The notes under the pieces are model-generated. The model ran no database searches. It was given only the letters and a program-made list of their open reading frames with translations, and was not told the origin of the DNA. 64,000 bases of DNA from Phoronis australis (Eukaryota; Animalia; Phoronida): positions 310,001 to 374,000 of the forward strand of contig NMRA01000130.1 in assembly GCA_002633005.1 (NCBI GenBank), written 5' to 3'. Position 1 is the stretch's first letter, and every line of letters starts with the position of its first letter. This document shows positions 62,701-64,000 of this stretch, in pieces. A program made the position numbers and the translations under genes.

Positions 62701-64000
62701 ATTTGAAATCTGCGAAACTTGCGAAAAAGCAAAAAATTATCGGTGCCACATACTTTTTGTAGAAAAAATAAGATAAATTTCAACTGTTCCCAAAATTGTG
62801 TCCTGAATCAGTGAGAGTTTACCATAGTCGCTACAGCTAAATAACTTTTATCATTGAGGTTAGAAGAAAAACGTTCTTTTTCATTGCAAGACATTTTAGC
62901 TTACAGTAGTTGATTTTATGCAGTCAGGTGTAATTGCATTATGGGTAAACTGCATTTCCTCAATGGATTATCTCCAGTCTCAAAGTGGCTATTAACAATT
63001 ATATACTGAGAAAAACCGGCCAAACATCACTTGACACATTATTTGACTTTAGGAACATTTGAAATGGGACCGATTATTACCTCTAGGGACCATTTTCAAG
63101 AGCACATGAAGCTTAACGTATAATCTCACTATTTGGGACTTAATATAGCGGATGAGTGAAATTCTCTTTTTTCATGTAAGAGAGTCCAAATAAAATCTGA
63201 TATTTTTAAGCTCTATGGCACGTCTATCGAGGTGGATTTTCAGAACAAAATTAGAAGCCTTTAGAATATGAAAAATTATCAATTTTGCCAATAATATTAG
63301 TGCGAAATTAGGGAGATCTTACCATACACGTCATTTGCCTTTCCTCGCACAAGAGTGTTCAAGAATATAGGTATTGTCGAGGCGAAAACAACAAAGGTGA
63401 AAATTTTGTTTTGCTGCTCTATTAACTGTTACGAAAGTACAGTAAAACTTGAGTGTGACAACGTCCAAATCTTAAGCTGGCTGAGTGCACAAATGAGACA
63501 ACCCTGCCAATGAACTCTGTCTCGAGTAAAGTGAAAATCGGACTGTATTTATGACTTACTGGAGTTTCGCTGTACTTGAATGTTCCTGTCAAAGAATCAT
63601 GGCAGTATTAAGGCTAATGTTTGTTCTATCATTTTAATAGTGAAAAAGTAATAAGCTCTATGTTGAATATTGACGTTTTGCATCACCATTTTTATGACTT
63701 CAAAGAGGTACGCTAATAGGTAACTCCAATCCTGACCTTCCCTTGAGCATACGCTTTGTACATTTGTGAAATGGAATATTGAACAGTCCCTTTCATTTAT
63801 AAACAGAACAAAACCAGTAGGCAGCTTGCAACTACGGTACAACACACAAGGTGGCGTGAGCGTAACAAGAGTTCTACCTGTAGAAATGTATACATTCTGG
63901 GTAGAATTTCGTAGACGCAAGGATCTCACTAAGGAAGCTAGTGTGATCATGTGCTTCTTTTTTAGAACACGGCGATATCTCACGAAGTTTTGCGAGTTCT

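Larger units (their letters stand above)
25813..64000 (+). ncRNA. Candidate very long, highly structured non-coding transcript (or structured giant intron) divergent from the tubulin gene; runs off the window end
   Basis: Donors GTAAGT at 25576 and 25667, branch point TACTGAC 25789-25795, acceptor CACAG ending 25812. No credible ORF in 38 kb. Many nested stems with + strand G-U pairing. The transcript itself is inferred. Confidence 0.5.

Noticed and set aside
63597-63983. 128-aa - strand ORF
   Set aside because: Non-ATG start, no motif, no supporting splice chain.

Overview
AT-rich, intron-rich animal genomic DNA. The repeat types and heterozygous assembly duplications suggest a marine invertebrate deuterostome, but that is inference. 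Two protein-coding genes can be built by hand from splice sites. One is a 2-exon multi-pass membrane protein on + (12456-13987, 324 aa). The other, tail-to-tail with it, is a 10-exon delta/zeta-class tubulin on - (25342-15008, 410 aa, most like zeta-tubulin). The rest of the left half is MITEs, tRNA-derived SINEs, a TTAA-type dispersed DNA-element family, microsatellites and two N-separated haplotype duplications. The most unusual part runs from ~25.6 kb to the window end (>38 kb). It has no credible ORF, begins with a clean + strand intron immediately divergent from the tubulin start, and carries many mutually unrelated, nested stem-loops. Their imperfect positions are repeatedly G-U-compatible on the + strand only. 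It is a candidate giant structured non-coding RNA or hairpin/small-RNA precursor locus. All folding was read by eye and needs computational and transcriptomic confirmation.
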